Assembly: GCA_009837395.1 (NCBI GenBank) | Contig: VXTP01000030.1 | Coordinates: 19,211-83,210 of the forward strand | DNA from: Gemmatimonadota bacterium | GTDB lineage: Bacteria; JAAXHH01 | Direction of reading: 5' to 3' | Length of the DNA stretch: 64,000 bases | Shown: positions 27,915 to 37,242 of the stretch, piece by piece | Layout of the letters: every line of letters starts with the position of its first letter | How positions within the stretch are numbered: the first letter of the stretch is position 1 | The notes under the pieces: generated by a model | Databases searched by the model: none | What the model was told of the DNA's origin: nothing | What the model saw: the letters and a program-made list of their open reading frames with translations, nothing else | Program-made: the position numbers and the translations under genes

Positions 27915-28718
27915 ATGTCGACAACCGGTGTTTCGCTGAAGACCAGCGGTTTCGGCCAGACGCGCCGCAGAGACGCCTGGTGGGCGCAGCAGCTGGTGAC
28001 GTTGGGTGTTTTCTCCGCCTTCGTCGTCTACTCCACGTGGGCGGCTTTTCAGGGAGAGTTCTACGCCTGGGGTCCCTATCTTTCGCCCTTCTATTCACCC
28101 GAAATCTTCGGCAGTTCGCCCCATGCCCTGTTCGGTCCCAGGCCCGAATGGTGGCCGGCCATGCTCCCGTTCTCACCGGCCTTCCTGATCCTCTGGGCGC
28201 CGGCCGGATTCCGCATCACCTGCTACTACTACCGGGGCGCCTACTACAAGGCCTTCTGGGCCGACCCACCTTCCTGCAGCGTTTCCGAGCCGAGGAAGAA
28301 ATACCGGGGCGAACAGTCCTTTCCGCTCATACTCCAGAACATTCACCGGTACTTTCTCTACGCGGTGTTCATCATCTGGATCTTCCTGGCTCACGACGCG
28401 TGGAAGGCCCTGTGGTTCACGGACGCGGCGACCGGCGAGACTTCCTTCGGCATCGGGATCGGCACCCTGGTGTTGACCCTGAACGTCATCCTCCTGGGCG
28501 GCTACCAGTTCGGCTGCCACTCCCTGCGCCACCTGATCGGCGGCAACCTGGACCTCCTTTCGAAAGCGCCTGTGCGACATGCGGGTTATAACTGCGTTTC
28601 GTGCCTGAACCGAGGCCACATGAACTGGGCCTGGCTCAGCCTGGTATGGGTCGCTTTCGCGGATGTATATGTACGCCTGGTGGCCATGGGCGTGTGGACG
28701 GATTGGAGAATCCTGTAA
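27915..28718 (+). CDS. sdhC: succinate dehydrogenase/fumarate reductase cytochrome b membrane anchor (b558-like)
   Basis: It has 5 predicted TM helices with conserved His residues. Its stop overlaps the sdhA start (TAATG). Confidence 0.7.
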   Translation: MSTTGVSLKTSGFGQTRRRDAWWAQQLVTLGVFSAFVVYSTWAAFQGEFYAWGPYLSPFYSPEIFGSSPHALFGPRPEWWPAMLPFSPAFLILWAPAGFRITCYYYRGAYYKAFWADPPSCSVSEPRKKYRGEQSFPLILQNIHRYFLYAVFIIWIFLAHDAWKALWFTDAATGETSFGIGIGTLVLTLNVILLGGYQFGCHSLRHLIGGNLDLLSKAPVRHAGYNCVSCLNRGHMNWAWLSLVWVAFADVYVRLVAMGVWTDWRIL

Positions 28719-30532
28719 TGGCGGAATACCAGAGCCACGAACATGACGTGCTCGTGATCGGCGCCGGCGGCGCAGGACTCCGGGCAGCCATCGAAGCCTC
28801 GGCCGCAGGGGTATCGGTGGGATTGGTGTGCAAGTCCCTGCTGGGCAAGGCCCATACGGTCATGGCCGAAGGCGGCGTCGCGGCGGCGCTGGCCAACGTG
28901 GACGACCGGGATGGATGGAGCGTCCACTTCGCCGACACGATGCGGGGCGGCCAGTACCTGAGCAACTGGCGCATGGCCGAATTGCACGCCCGGGAAGCGC
29001 CGGACCGCGTACGGGAGCTGGAAGCATGGGGCGCCCTCTTCGACCGGACGACCGACGGCCGCATCCTGCAGCGCAACTTCGGCGGCCACAAGTACCCCCG
29101 TCTCGCCCACGTAGGCGACCGCACCGGCCTGGAGATGATCCGCACCCTGCAGGACTACGGCATCCACCAGGGCATGGAAGTGTACATGGAACATGCCATC
29201 GTCGCCCTGTTGAAGGACGGCGACCGGGTCGTGGGCGCCTTCGGATACGACCGGGAGCGAGGACGGTTCCGCGTGTTCCGCGCGAAGGCGGTCATCCTGG
29301 CCACGGGAGGCATCGGCCGGGCCTTCAAGATCACGAGCAACAGCTGGGAATATACGGGGGACGGCCACGGCCTGGCCTACGACGCCGGGGCCGCGCTGCT
29401 GGACATGGAATTCGTGCAGTTCCACCCCACGGGCATGGTCTGGCCGCCGAGCGTGCGGGGCATCCTGGTCACGGAGGGCGTCCGCGGCGAGGGCGGCATC
29501 CTGACGAACAGCGAAGGCAACCGGTTCATGTTCGACGACATTCCCGACCTCTACAAAAACTCGACGGCGGACAGCCCCGAAGAGGGATGGATCTACACGC
29601 AAGGCGACAAGGAAGCTCGCCGGCCGCCCGAACTGCTGACGCGAGACCACGTAGCCCGCTGCATCGTCCGGGAAATCCGCGAAGGCCGCGGATCGCCCCA
29701 CAACGGGGTCTACCTCGATATTTCGTGGATCAGGGAGAAACTCTCCAACGCTGAAGAGCACATCAAGCGCAAGCTGCCCAGCATGTACCACCAGTTCAAG
29801 CAGCTTGCCGATATCGATATCACGAAGGAAGCCATGGAAGTCGGGCCGACAACCCACTACGTGATGGGCGGCGTGCTCGTGGACGCCGACACGCAGATGT
29901 CTACCGTGCCCGGCCTGTTCGCCGCCGGGGAATGCGCGGCAGGGCTGCACGGGGCCAACCGGTTGGGCGGCAATTCCCTTTCCGACCTGCTCGTATTCGG
30001 CCAGCGCGCCGGCAAGTACGCCGCGGAGTACGCGCGCGAGAACGGCGACGGCGCCATCGACGACGGACAGGTCGAGGCCGCCGTAGGCGAGACCCTGGCG
30101 CCTTTCGACCGCGAGCAAAGCGGCGAGAACCCCTTCGAGATCCAGTACGAATTGCAGGAACGGATGCAGGAACTCGTCGGCATCGTGCGCAACGAGGGCG
30201 ACATGCAACGGGCCCTCGAGGTCATCGACGATCTGCGTCAGAGGGCCGGGAAAGTCTCCGTAGTCGGCAACCGCGAATACAATCCGGGATGGCACACCGC
30301 GCTGGATCTGAAGTTCCTGCTGATCGTATCGGAGGCGGTGGCCAGGGCCGCGCTGGAAAGGAAGGAAAGCCGCGGCGCCCACTTCCGGGAAGACTACGAG
30401 GAAAAGGACGAAGCCTTCGGCAGCCTCAACATCACCCAGCATAAAGGCTCCGACGGCGAGATGGTGATCAACCGCGTTCCGGTCACACCGCTCCGGGAGG
30501 ACCTGGCAGCGATCATCGAGGAGAACAAATAA
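28718..30532 (+). CDS. sdhA: succinate dehydrogenase/fumarate reductase flavoprotein subunit
   Basis: It carries DVLVIGAGGAGLRAA and FAD-binding HTVMAEGG (covalent-FAD His). I used the internal ATG at 28718; the product is 604 aa. Confidence 0.95.
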   Translation: MAEYQSHEHDVLVIGAGGAGLRAAIEASAAGVSVGLVCKSLLGKAHTVMAEGGVAAALANVDDRDGWSVHFADTMRGGQYLSNWRMAELHAREAPDRVRELEAWGALFDRTTDGRILQRNFGGHKYPRLAHVGDRTGLEMIRTLQDYGIHQGMEVYMEHAIVALLKDGDRVVGAFGYDRERGRFRVFRAKAVILATGGIGRAFKITSNSWEYTGDGHGLAYDAGAALLDMEFVQFHPTGMVWPPSVRGILVTEGVRGEGGILTNSEGNRFMFDDIPDLYKNSTADSPEEGWIYTQGDKEARRPPELLTRDHVARCIVREIREGRGSPHNGVYLDISWIREKLSNAEEHIKRKLPSMYHQFKQLADIDITKEAMEVGPTTHYVMGGVLVDADTQMSTVPGLFAAGECAAGLHGANRLGGNSLSDLLVFGQRAGKYAAEYARENGDGAIDDGQVEAAVGETLAPFDREQSGENPFEIQYELQERMQELVGIVRNEGDMQRALEVIDDLRQRAGKVSVVGNREYNPGWHTALDLKFLLIVSEAVARAALERKESRGAHFREDYEEKDEAFGSLNITQHKGSDGEMVINRVPVTPLREDLAAIIEENK

Positions 30533-31293
30533 TGGCGACGGCCAACTTCCGAATCTGGCGGGGAGATAGCGAGAGCGGCGGGTTCGAGGACTATTCCACC
30601 GAGATCGACGAGGGCATGGTCGTACTGGACGCGGTGCACCAGATTCAGGCGGAATCGGCGCCGGATCTCGCGGTCCGGTGGAACTGCAAGGCCGGCAAGT
30701 GCGGGTCCTGTTCCGCCGAAGTCAACGGCCATCCCAAGCTGATGTGCATGACGCGCATGAGCGACCTGCCCGAGGACGAAACCATCACCATCGAGCCGAT
30801 GAAGGCCTTCCCGACCATCCGGGACCTGGTGACGGATGTATCCTGGAACTTCGAGGCCAAGATGAAGATCAAGCCCTTCAAGCCTCGCAAGCCGGATGAC
30901 GAGGACGGCACCTGGCGCATGGACCAGGATGACATCGAACGGGTGCAGGAGTTCCGCAAGTGCATCGAGTGCTTCCTCTGCCAGGACGTCTGCCACGTGT
31001 TGCGGGAACACGACCTGCACGAGGAGTTCATCGGCCCGCGCCTCATGGTACACAACGCCGCCTTGGAGATGCATCCCCTCGACACCGAGGACCGGCTCGG
31101 CGACCTCAAGGAAGACCAGGGCATCGGCTACTGCAACATCACCAAGTGCTGCACCCACGTCTGCCCCGAAGAAATCACCATCACGGACAACGCCATCATT
31201 CCCCTGAAGGAACGGGTCGTCGGAGAGTTCTATGACCCGCTCAACCGGCTGTTGCGCATCTTCAAGTCGAAGGACAGCGACGAGCCGGCCTAG
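30532..31293 (+). CDS. sdhB: succinate dehydrogenase/fumarate reductase iron-sulfur subunit
   Basis: It has a 2Fe-2S region (CKAGKCGSCSAEVNG), a CIECFLCQDVC 4Fe-4S motif and a CCTHVCP 3Fe-4S motif. Its start overlaps the sdhA stop (TAATG). Confidence 0.95.
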   Translation: MATANFRIWRGDSESGGFEDYSTEIDEGMVVLDAVHQIQAESAPDLAVRWNCKAGKCGSCSAEVNGHPKLMCMTRMSDLPEDETITIEPMKAFPTIRDLVTDVSWNFEAKMKIKPFKPRKPDDEDGTWRMDQDDIERVQEFRKCIECFLCQDVCHVLREHDLHEEFIGPRLMVHNAALEMHPLDTEDRLGDLKEDQGIGYCNITKCCTHVCPEEITITDNAIIPLKERVVGEFYDPLNRLLRIFKSKDSDEPA

Positions 31294-31301
31294 CTTTCGG
31301 T

Positions 31302-31499
31302 CTACTCCGGATCGGTCTTATTGGTACGGCGTAAGGCCATTCCCCTCAGGACGCCCTCCTGTTTTGCCATGCGTTCTCTCAGGTCTGACTGACCCTGCTC
31401 CAAAGCGACAAGACGAAGATTAATCTCCCGCTTCGACGCCAGAATAAGTCCGGCCAGGGCAACACCCACACTGATTATCCCGATCAACTCGATGCTCAT
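31302..31499 (-). CDS. small (65 aa) membrane-anchored coiled-coil protein, hypothetical
   Basis: It has an N-terminal TM segment (IGIISVGVALAGLILA) followed by a charged helix. A strong GGGAGGA ribosome-binding site lies 7 nt upstream of the ATG. It sits in a low-GC intergenic stretch. Confidence 0.4.
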   Translation of the reverse strand: MSIELIGIISVGVALAGLILASKREINLRLVALEQGQSDLRERMAKQEGVLRGMALRRTNKTDPE

Positions 31500-31746
31500 A
31501 TCAAATCCTCCCGGCGTTCAGGTGTGTTTATCATACGGTCGAAACGATCACGATGCTCAGATCGTGGGTTCACGTCCGCAACTGAAACAACTACATCATT
31601 TGCTATAGTCGCAATCATTTGCGGGTATATCGTATGAAAAACAGCCTTGTGAGAGTTTGGGATTCAGCAGGCGACCGTTCGAGCCAATTGAGATTCCTTC
31701 AACCGAACCGCGTGCGCCACCATAGCCGTACAATTTCCGCCTACGC

Positions 31747-32538
31747 CTAGGCCCATGCCCCCCGGGCCATCAGACCTCCGTCCACGTTCACGAACTCACC
31801 CGTGATGAAGGAAGCCCGGTCGCTTGCGAGAAAGAGCACCGCGTTGGCGATATCCTCCGGACTGCCCAGGCGGTTCACGGCGTGCCGGGAAGCCATGTCC
31901 GTCCGTATTTCGTCCTCGTCGCCGCCGATCGAGTCGATGGCTTCCTGCAGGAGCGGCGTTTCGATGGTGCCCGGGTTGACCGCCACCACGCGGATGTTGT
32001 CCTCGGCGTAATCCAGGGCCAGCTGGCGGACGAGCGACAGGTCCCCTCCCTTGCTCGCCGCGTAGGCCGAGATGCCCTTGGCCGACTGCAGTCCCTGCAC
32101 GCTGGCCGTGTTGATGATTACGCCGCCGCCCCGCGCCTGCATCACGGGCACGCAATACTTTACCATCAGAAACCGGCTCTTGAGGTTTACGTCGATGATC
32201 CGGTCCCACTGCTCCTCTGAGAGCTCATGGGCGGGCAGATAGCTCGAGGTGGGCTGGATCCCCACGTTGTTACACAGGATGTCCACCCCGCCCCAGGAAT
32301 CCGTCGCCGTTTCCACCAGGGACCGGCACACTTCGCTCGTGGTCACGTCGGCGTGGACGTAGCGGATGTTGTCATTTTCGGCGGCGATCTCCGCGCCTGC
32401 ATCGTCGTCGATGTCGGCGCACAGGACGCGGGCCCCCTCACCGGCGAAGGCCCGGACGATACCGCCTCCGATGCCTTTCGCTCCGCCGGTCACGATGACT
32501 GCTTTCCCTTCGAATGCTGCTCCAGTTTTACTCCCCAT
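31747..32538 (-). CDS. SDR family oxidoreductase
   Basis: It carries VIVTGGAKGIGGG, NNVG, S..YAASK motifs. A GGAGGT ribosome-binding site precedes the ATG. It is 263 aa. Confidence 0.85.
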   Translation of the reverse strand: MGSKTGAAFEGKAVIVTGGAKGIGGGIVRAFAGEGARVLCADIDDDAGAEIAAENDNIRYVHADVTTSEVCRSLVETATDSWGGVDILCNNVGIQPTSSYLPAHELSEEQWDRIIDVNLKSRFLMVKYCVPVMQARGGGVIINTASVQGLQSAKGISAYAASKGGDLSLVRQLALDYAEDNIRVVAVNPGTIETPLLQEAIDSIGGDEDEIRTDMASRHAVNRLGSPEDIANAVLFLASDRASFITGEFVNVDGGLMARGAWA

Positions 32539-32776
32539 GATCTACCTCCATTCGTGGTCCATGCCGCATCCCATACACTAGTTCAACCTTTCGGAAACAT
32601 AAATTAACGTGCCTTGGCACGAGGTGAACAGTTTAAACGGTCGCTAACGGCTGGTGAAGTGGAATAAGTACTTGACGGGTTAAAATGTATCGGTAGTGTA
32701 ACTGTTTGATTTGTAGACATACAGTACGAAAGAGTATTTAAGGAATGAGTCCTCTCAAGTCGCTGGAGGTGTGTAA

Positions 32777-33832
32777 TTGTTGCGGATACCAGTTTCCCTA
32801 CTGTGTGCTATAATCCTGGCTTGCTCAGGCGATTCCAGTCCTGTTGCCGACTCAGGTCCCGCACCCCAGGAACGTACGGTGCAAACCATTCATCCTGTTC
32901 TGGGCGTCCGTATCGCCGAAGAGGTCGATGACGATTCCTATGACAGAGATGACTACGACTACCCCGGTTCAATTGAGGCTGATATCGTAAATCGACAGGG
33001 CGGGTTGTATTCTCCCTACTCGCTTAATTGCTTCGATTCCGCTACCGAAACGGATATTGAACATGTCGTTGCAACCGCCGAGGCACATGCCAGCGGCATG
33101 TATGCCAGGACAGAGGAAGATCGCAGTGCCTATGCCAAAGACCTGGACAACCTCACCCTGGCTGCGCCTGGCGTAAACAGAAATCAGAAATCCGACAAGG
33201 ACCCGGCGGAATGGATGCCGGAGAACAACAGATGCTGGTATGTAGGCAAGTGGGTGGAAATCAAGAAGAAGTACAATTTGACCATGGACCAGGCCGAAGC
33301 GGATTCTGTTGCTGCAGTCTATCAGGAATGTGATTCCTTCGATATGATCGTACCCGTCTGTGCCGCGGGTCTGGCCGAGTCCGACTACTATGATTTCAGA
33401 TGGAGCAGGTGGGGCGACAGCAAGGAGGAAGTACAAACGACGGAACTCGACACCCTGACATACAGCCAGGCAGATTCCACCCGGGAGACCGGAGCGGTCA
33501 CGGGATTGTTGCAGTTCAGTGATGAGATATCCGACACGGTAACGGTATCGTACTTGTTTTCGGACAACGCCCTCAGTTCAGGATCGTATGCGTTTGCTTC
33601 AGATGTGCCATCCAGCAGACAGGACTCCATTCAATCCCTTCTTGATGAACGTTACGGTGTTCGTGAAGAAGCAGATGGGTATACCTATTGGAGGCGAAAT
33701 GAACGCACATGGGTACGTCTATATGCCGCGACACAAGACGACCCAATGCGTATCGTCTATTTAGAAAGGTCAACCGGCAGCGATTCCGACTATAACGATC
33801 TGCCTCTGCGCGTCGTTATACCAGAAGAATAA
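32777..33832 (+). CDS. lipoprotein with DUF1524-type His-Me finger (HNH-like) nuclease domain
   Basis: The lipobox LLCAIILAC-SG is followed by a DUF1524 motif (DIEHVVA..NLTLAAPGVNRNQKSDKDPAEWMP). The gene GC is about 52% against about 66% for its flanks. The TTG start has a GGAGG ribosome-binding site. Confidence 0.65.
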   Translation: MLRIPVSLLCAIILACSGDSSPVADSGPAPQERTVQTIHPVLGVRIAEEVDDDSYDRDDYDYPGSIEADIVNRQGGLYSPYSLNCFDSATETDIEHVVATAEAHASGMYARTEEDRSAYAKDLDNLTLAAPGVNRNQKSDKDPAEWMPENNRCWYVGKWVEIKKKYNLTMDQAEADSVAAVYQECDSFDMIVPVCAAGLAESDYYDFRWSRWGDSKEEVQTTELDTLTYSQADSTRETGAVTGLLQFSDEISDTVTVSYLFSDNALSSGSYAFASDVPSSRQDSIQSLLDERYGVREEADGYTYWRRNERTWVRLYAATQDDPMRIVYLERSTGSDSDYNDLPLRVVIPEE

Positions 33833-33858
33833 ACAGTTGAATAAACACCCGCTTTGTC

Positions 33859-34845
33859 TCACCTGATGGCGATCGGCCTGGCCGGCGAACCCGTCGCGCC
33901 CTTGAAGCGGATGGGCGTGTGGATGAACAGGAACTCGTAGACGCCGTCCCCAGAGAGTTCGTCGAGGTTCATGTTCTCGAGGTTCCAGACGCCATTTCTG
34001 GTGATGAGCTCCTGGTGGACCGGAAAGGCTTGACCGATATCCGGGTTGGGCACGACCTCGGTGGTCCACTGGTCCGAGCCGATCATGGAAGCCTGCTTTT
34101 CGACCACCCAGCGGGCGACGGCCATTCCGATGCCCGGCGGGCTGGCGTTGTACGTACCCGGGTCGTTCCAGTGGCGGGCCCAGCCGTACCGGAAGAAGTA
34201 GGCGTCGCCGGGCTCGAGACTGTCCATAGCGATGCCCTGTCGCTCCAGCGCGCCTTCCACGTCCTCCACGGTGACCTCGTAGCCGTGATCGAGGGATTCC
34301 ACACCCTTGTACGCGGCCACGTCGACCAGGATGCCGCGGGTGATGAAGGGTCCCACGTGCTCGACGCCCAGCTTCAGCAGGCCGTAGGGCCCCTTGATCT
34401 CCTCATTAGTGAATCCGTTGTAGAACACGTCCTTCTCCGTTCCGTCGGCCATGGTCATCCGCTCGCCGATGTGGCCCGGACCGTCGAACTGCGTACCGAC
34501 CTGGCCGATTTCGGCCACCAGGAACTCGTCGTAGTAGATCAGGTTGTTCGACCCCATGGGCTCGCCCGTGGGAGAACCGGGCAGCACCAGGGAATAGGTC
34601 CGCTGGCCGAAGAGGGGCATGTCGGCGCTGTACACCTGGCCGATTTCGTAGATCTGGCCCGTCTTGACCAGGGTCAGGGCTTTCAGCACTTTCTCCGGCG
34701 TGATCCAGTTGGAACCGCCCGACTGGTCGTCCTTGCCCCAGATGGGATGGGGCCACCAGGGACCTTCTTCCCGCGTCTGGGCGTTCGACTGGAAGAGGAA
34801 ACCGACCGTCAGAAGGAAAACGACTACGTACTTCGCGGATTTCAT
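33859..34845 (-). CDS. cyclase family protein (kynurenine formamidase-like), secreted
   Basis: It has a signal peptide (MKSAKYVVVFLLTVGFLFQSNAQ) and a putative-cyclase fold motif (HxGTHxDxPxH-like, GTQFDGPGHIG). I used the internal ATG at 34845, which has an AGGAGG ribosome-binding site. Confidence 0.8.
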   Translation of the reverse strand: MKSAKYVVVFLLTVGFLFQSNAQTREEGPWWPHPIWGKDDQSGGSNWITPEKVLKALTLVKTGQIYEIGQVYSADMPLFGQRTYSLVLPGSPTGEPMGSNNLIYYDEFLVAEIGQVGTQFDGPGHIGERMTMADGTEKDVFYNGFTNEEIKGPYGLLKLGVEHVGPFITRGILVDVAAYKGVESLDHGYEVTVEDVEGALERQGIAMDSLEPGDAYFFRYGWARHWNDPGTYNASPPGIGMAVARWVVEKQASMIGSDQWTTEVVPNPDIGQAFPVHQELITRNGVWNLENMNLDELSGDGVYEFLFIHTPIRFKGATGSPARPIAIR

Positions 34846-34934
34846 TGAACTACCTCCTGAATGAGATTGACCGAATGACGTAGCGTAGATGAAATGCGAC
34901 CGATGGCATGTATAACGGTTCCGTGATTCCAAAA

Positions 34935-35738
34935 TCAGTCGTAATTGCTTTGCACATGCTCGCCGAGCAACCGCCGCTGGCGGGCCGTGGCCCGGGACAG
35001 GATGGCCGGGTCGAACTGGAATCGGTTCAGGTAGGGCGGAAACTTCTGCGTGATCATGCGCTGTGCGTAGTGGACCTGGAGCAGGTAGCGCACCCGGTCG
35101 CTCGTGTTCGCCGTCCCCCGGTGCCAGACTTCGCAGCGGAAGAGGACGGCGTCGCCGGCCGAACACAGTATGCTCCGCGGCTCGACGCCTTGCCAGGTGG
35201 ATTCGCCGTTGGACGGACGGCGGCCGGCGCGGTGACTGCCGGGAATGAACTGTGTAGGCCCCAGGGCCTCGTACAAATCGTCCAGATAATAATGGACAGT
35301 GGTAATGTATACCGGCACATGGACACGGGGATCGTCCATGATGTCCTCCGGTAATTCCAGCGGCTGCCAATCCACGTGGAGGCCCTGGTCCGGCCGACCC
35401 GGGCCCGTCATCCACGCCGTCATGCCGATAACGTGACAGTCCGGTCCATGGGCGGCTTCGACCACGTCTATGATTTCAGAGCGGTCCAGATAGGACAGAA
35501 ACGCAGGGTCGCGGTTGAACACGTTGTTGATGGACTTGTTTAGAAATCCGTGGGAATCGGGGTTCGTGTGCCGGTCGAACTCTTCGGGACGCGCTTCCAG
35601 CCGGTCCATGGCATCACGCAGTTCGACAACTTCATCATCTGTAAGCGCACCTGGAAAATAGACATAGCCGTCCTGTTCCAGGGCTTCAACCCGCTGTTCC
35701 AGCGTCTCCCTCGCGACCAGTTTCAGTCCGTCCGCCAC
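34935..35738 (-). CDS. phytanoyl-CoA dioxygenase (PhyH) family oxygenase
   Basis: It has LHVDW..H..RGTANTS motifs. The GTG start has a GAGGAG ribosome-binding site. It is 267 aa. Confidence 0.8.
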   Translation of the reverse strand: MADGLKLVARETLEQRVEALEQDGYVYFPGALTDDEVVELRDAMDRLEARPEEFDRHTNPDSHGFLNKSINNVFNRDPAFLSYLDRSEIIDVVEAAHGPDCHVIGMTAWMTGPGRPDQGLHVDWQPLELPEDIMDDPRVHVPVYITTVHYYLDDLYEALGPTQFIPGSHRAGRRPSNGESTWQGVEPRSILCSAGDAVLFRCEVWHRGTANTSDRVRYLLQVHYAQRMITQKFPPYLNRFQFDPAILSRATARQRRLLGEHVQSNYD

Positions 35739-35749
35739 GTTCGAACTCC

Positions 35750-36208
35750 TCAGGCTTCTCCGGCACGCTCGAACTCAGGCAGCTCCGGCAGAAAGGCATA
35801 TCCCCCGCCGGTTTTGTGCTCGCAGCAGAAGTGCGTCTTGCCGTTGGTGGCCACCAGGAACCGGGCATTGATGACCGAATTGTACCGGGCCAACTGCTCG
35901 AACACCGCTTCGGTCACCCGCACGTCCGGCGCCTTGCACTCGCCCATGAGCACCGGCCGTCCCTTCAGGTCGTGCATGATCACGTCGGCGCGAACGGCCG
36001 TCCCGGCGTACTGGAATCCCTTTTCCACGGCGGCAAAGCCCGCAGGAAAGCCCCGGTCTTCCACCAGGTACCGCACCAGGTGCTGGCGGACCCACTCTTC
36101 GGGTGTCAGTCGGACGAATCTGCGCCGGACCGGGTCGAAAACGATCCTGCGGCCCGCTTCATCCGAGTCGATTTCGAATCCGTATTCCGGGAAATTGAGC
36201 CGTTCCAT
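35750..36208 (-). CDS. type I restriction enzyme HsdR N-terminal domain (HSDR_N_2, PD-(D/E)xK fold) stand-alone protein
   Basis: The 152-aa product from the internal ATG reads MERLNFPEYGF..PEEWVRQHLVRYLVEDRGFP..ADVIMHDLKGRPVLMGECKAP, which matches the family. Confidence 0.75.
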   Translation of the reverse strand: MERLNFPEYGFEIDSDEAGRRIVFDPVRRRFVRLTPEEWVRQHLVRYLVEDRGFPAGFAAVEKGFQYAGTAVRADVIMHDLKGRPVLMGECKAPDVRVTEAVFEQLARYNSVINARFLVATNGKTHFCCEHKTGGGYAFLPELPEFERAGEA

Positions 36209-36236
36209 GATGAAGGCGGTCTGGCGGCTAGTCGGG

Positions 36237-37190
36237 CTAGTCGGGGCACTGTCCCGTTTCGATCCAGTCCACGAGCCGGATGGTATGTATGACGTCCCGA
36301 AGATCGCTGACGGGGATGGTCCGGTTGCGTACGGATTCCACGAAATGCTCGTGCATGGCGAGCGCACCCTCGAAACGGGGCGTATCTTCCGGGTCGTCGC
36401 CGTTGATCTCCCAACCCTGCATTACGGCCTGTTGATCGTCCTCCCGGATGTCGATTTCCTCGGGCAGCTTCATGTAGCAGCCGATGCCCACGCCGTGCAG
36501 CTCCGCGCTCAGCACCCGGCCGCCGGAAGCCCGGTTTCCGAATACGACACCCGTGGCGCCGCTGGCGAAACGGACCAGCGCCGTGTAGTGATTCCAACTG
36601 ACGGAATCGAACTTGTCGCGGTAGCGGGTTACTTCGACGGGTTCGCTGCCCACCATGTACCGCAGCAGGTCAACCACGTGGGTCACGTCGTCCCACAGGG
36701 TCGTGGAGACCGCCGGCTTGTCGTAGAACAGCTTCTTGTTGAAGGTGGTCACGGCATGGGAGACCGGTCCCTTCGCGCGTACGCGGCGCATGGCCTCGCG
36801 GACCACCGTGGTGTACCGTCGTTGATAGCCCACCATGGCGTACACGTCGTGCTCCACGGCCGCGTCCAGCAGCTGCCGCGTTTCATCGCTGTTCTTCCCG
36901 GGGGGTTTCTCGATGAAGATGTGCTTTCCGGCCTGAAGGCAGTCCATGGCCGGCTGGAGCAACCACTTCTCGTGCATGACGCAGTAGACCACGTCCAGCT
37001 CCACTTCCGCCAGCATGGCTCGGTGGTCCGTATAGACATGGGGAAAGTCGTAGCGTTCGGTGACCTGCGCCAGGCGCGTCTCGTCCATTTCGCACACGGC
37101 GGTCATCTCGACGTCCGGCAACCGGGCGACCGCCGGATAGTGGGCGCTCTGGGAACGGCCCCCGGCGCCGATAAAGCCAGCGCGCAGCAT
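36237..37190 (-). CDS. Gfo/Idh/MocA family oxidoreductase
   Basis: It carries MLRAGFIGAGGRSQSAHYP, EKP and a C-terminal domain. It is 317 aa. Confidence 0.85.
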   Translation of the reverse strand: MLRAGFIGAGGRSQSAHYPAVARLPDVEMTAVCEMDETRLAQVTERYDFPHVYTDHRAMLAEVELDVVYCVMHEKWLLQPAMDCLQAGKHIFIEKPPGKNSDETRQLLDAAVEHDVYAMVGYQRRYTTVVREAMRRVRAKGPVSHAVTTFNKKLFYDKPAVSTTLWDDVTHVVDLLRYMVGSEPVEVTRYRDKFDSVSWNHYTALVRFASGATGVVFGNRASGGRVLSAELHGVGIGCYMKLPEEIDIREDDQQAVMQGWEINGDDPEDTPRFEGALAMHEHFVESVRNRTIPVSDLRDVIHTIRLVDWIETGQCPD

Positions 37191-37242
37191 GGTCAGCCTC
37201 CCTGGGGTTGCCCGCCTTCCTACCGCGGGCCGGATACGGGTT

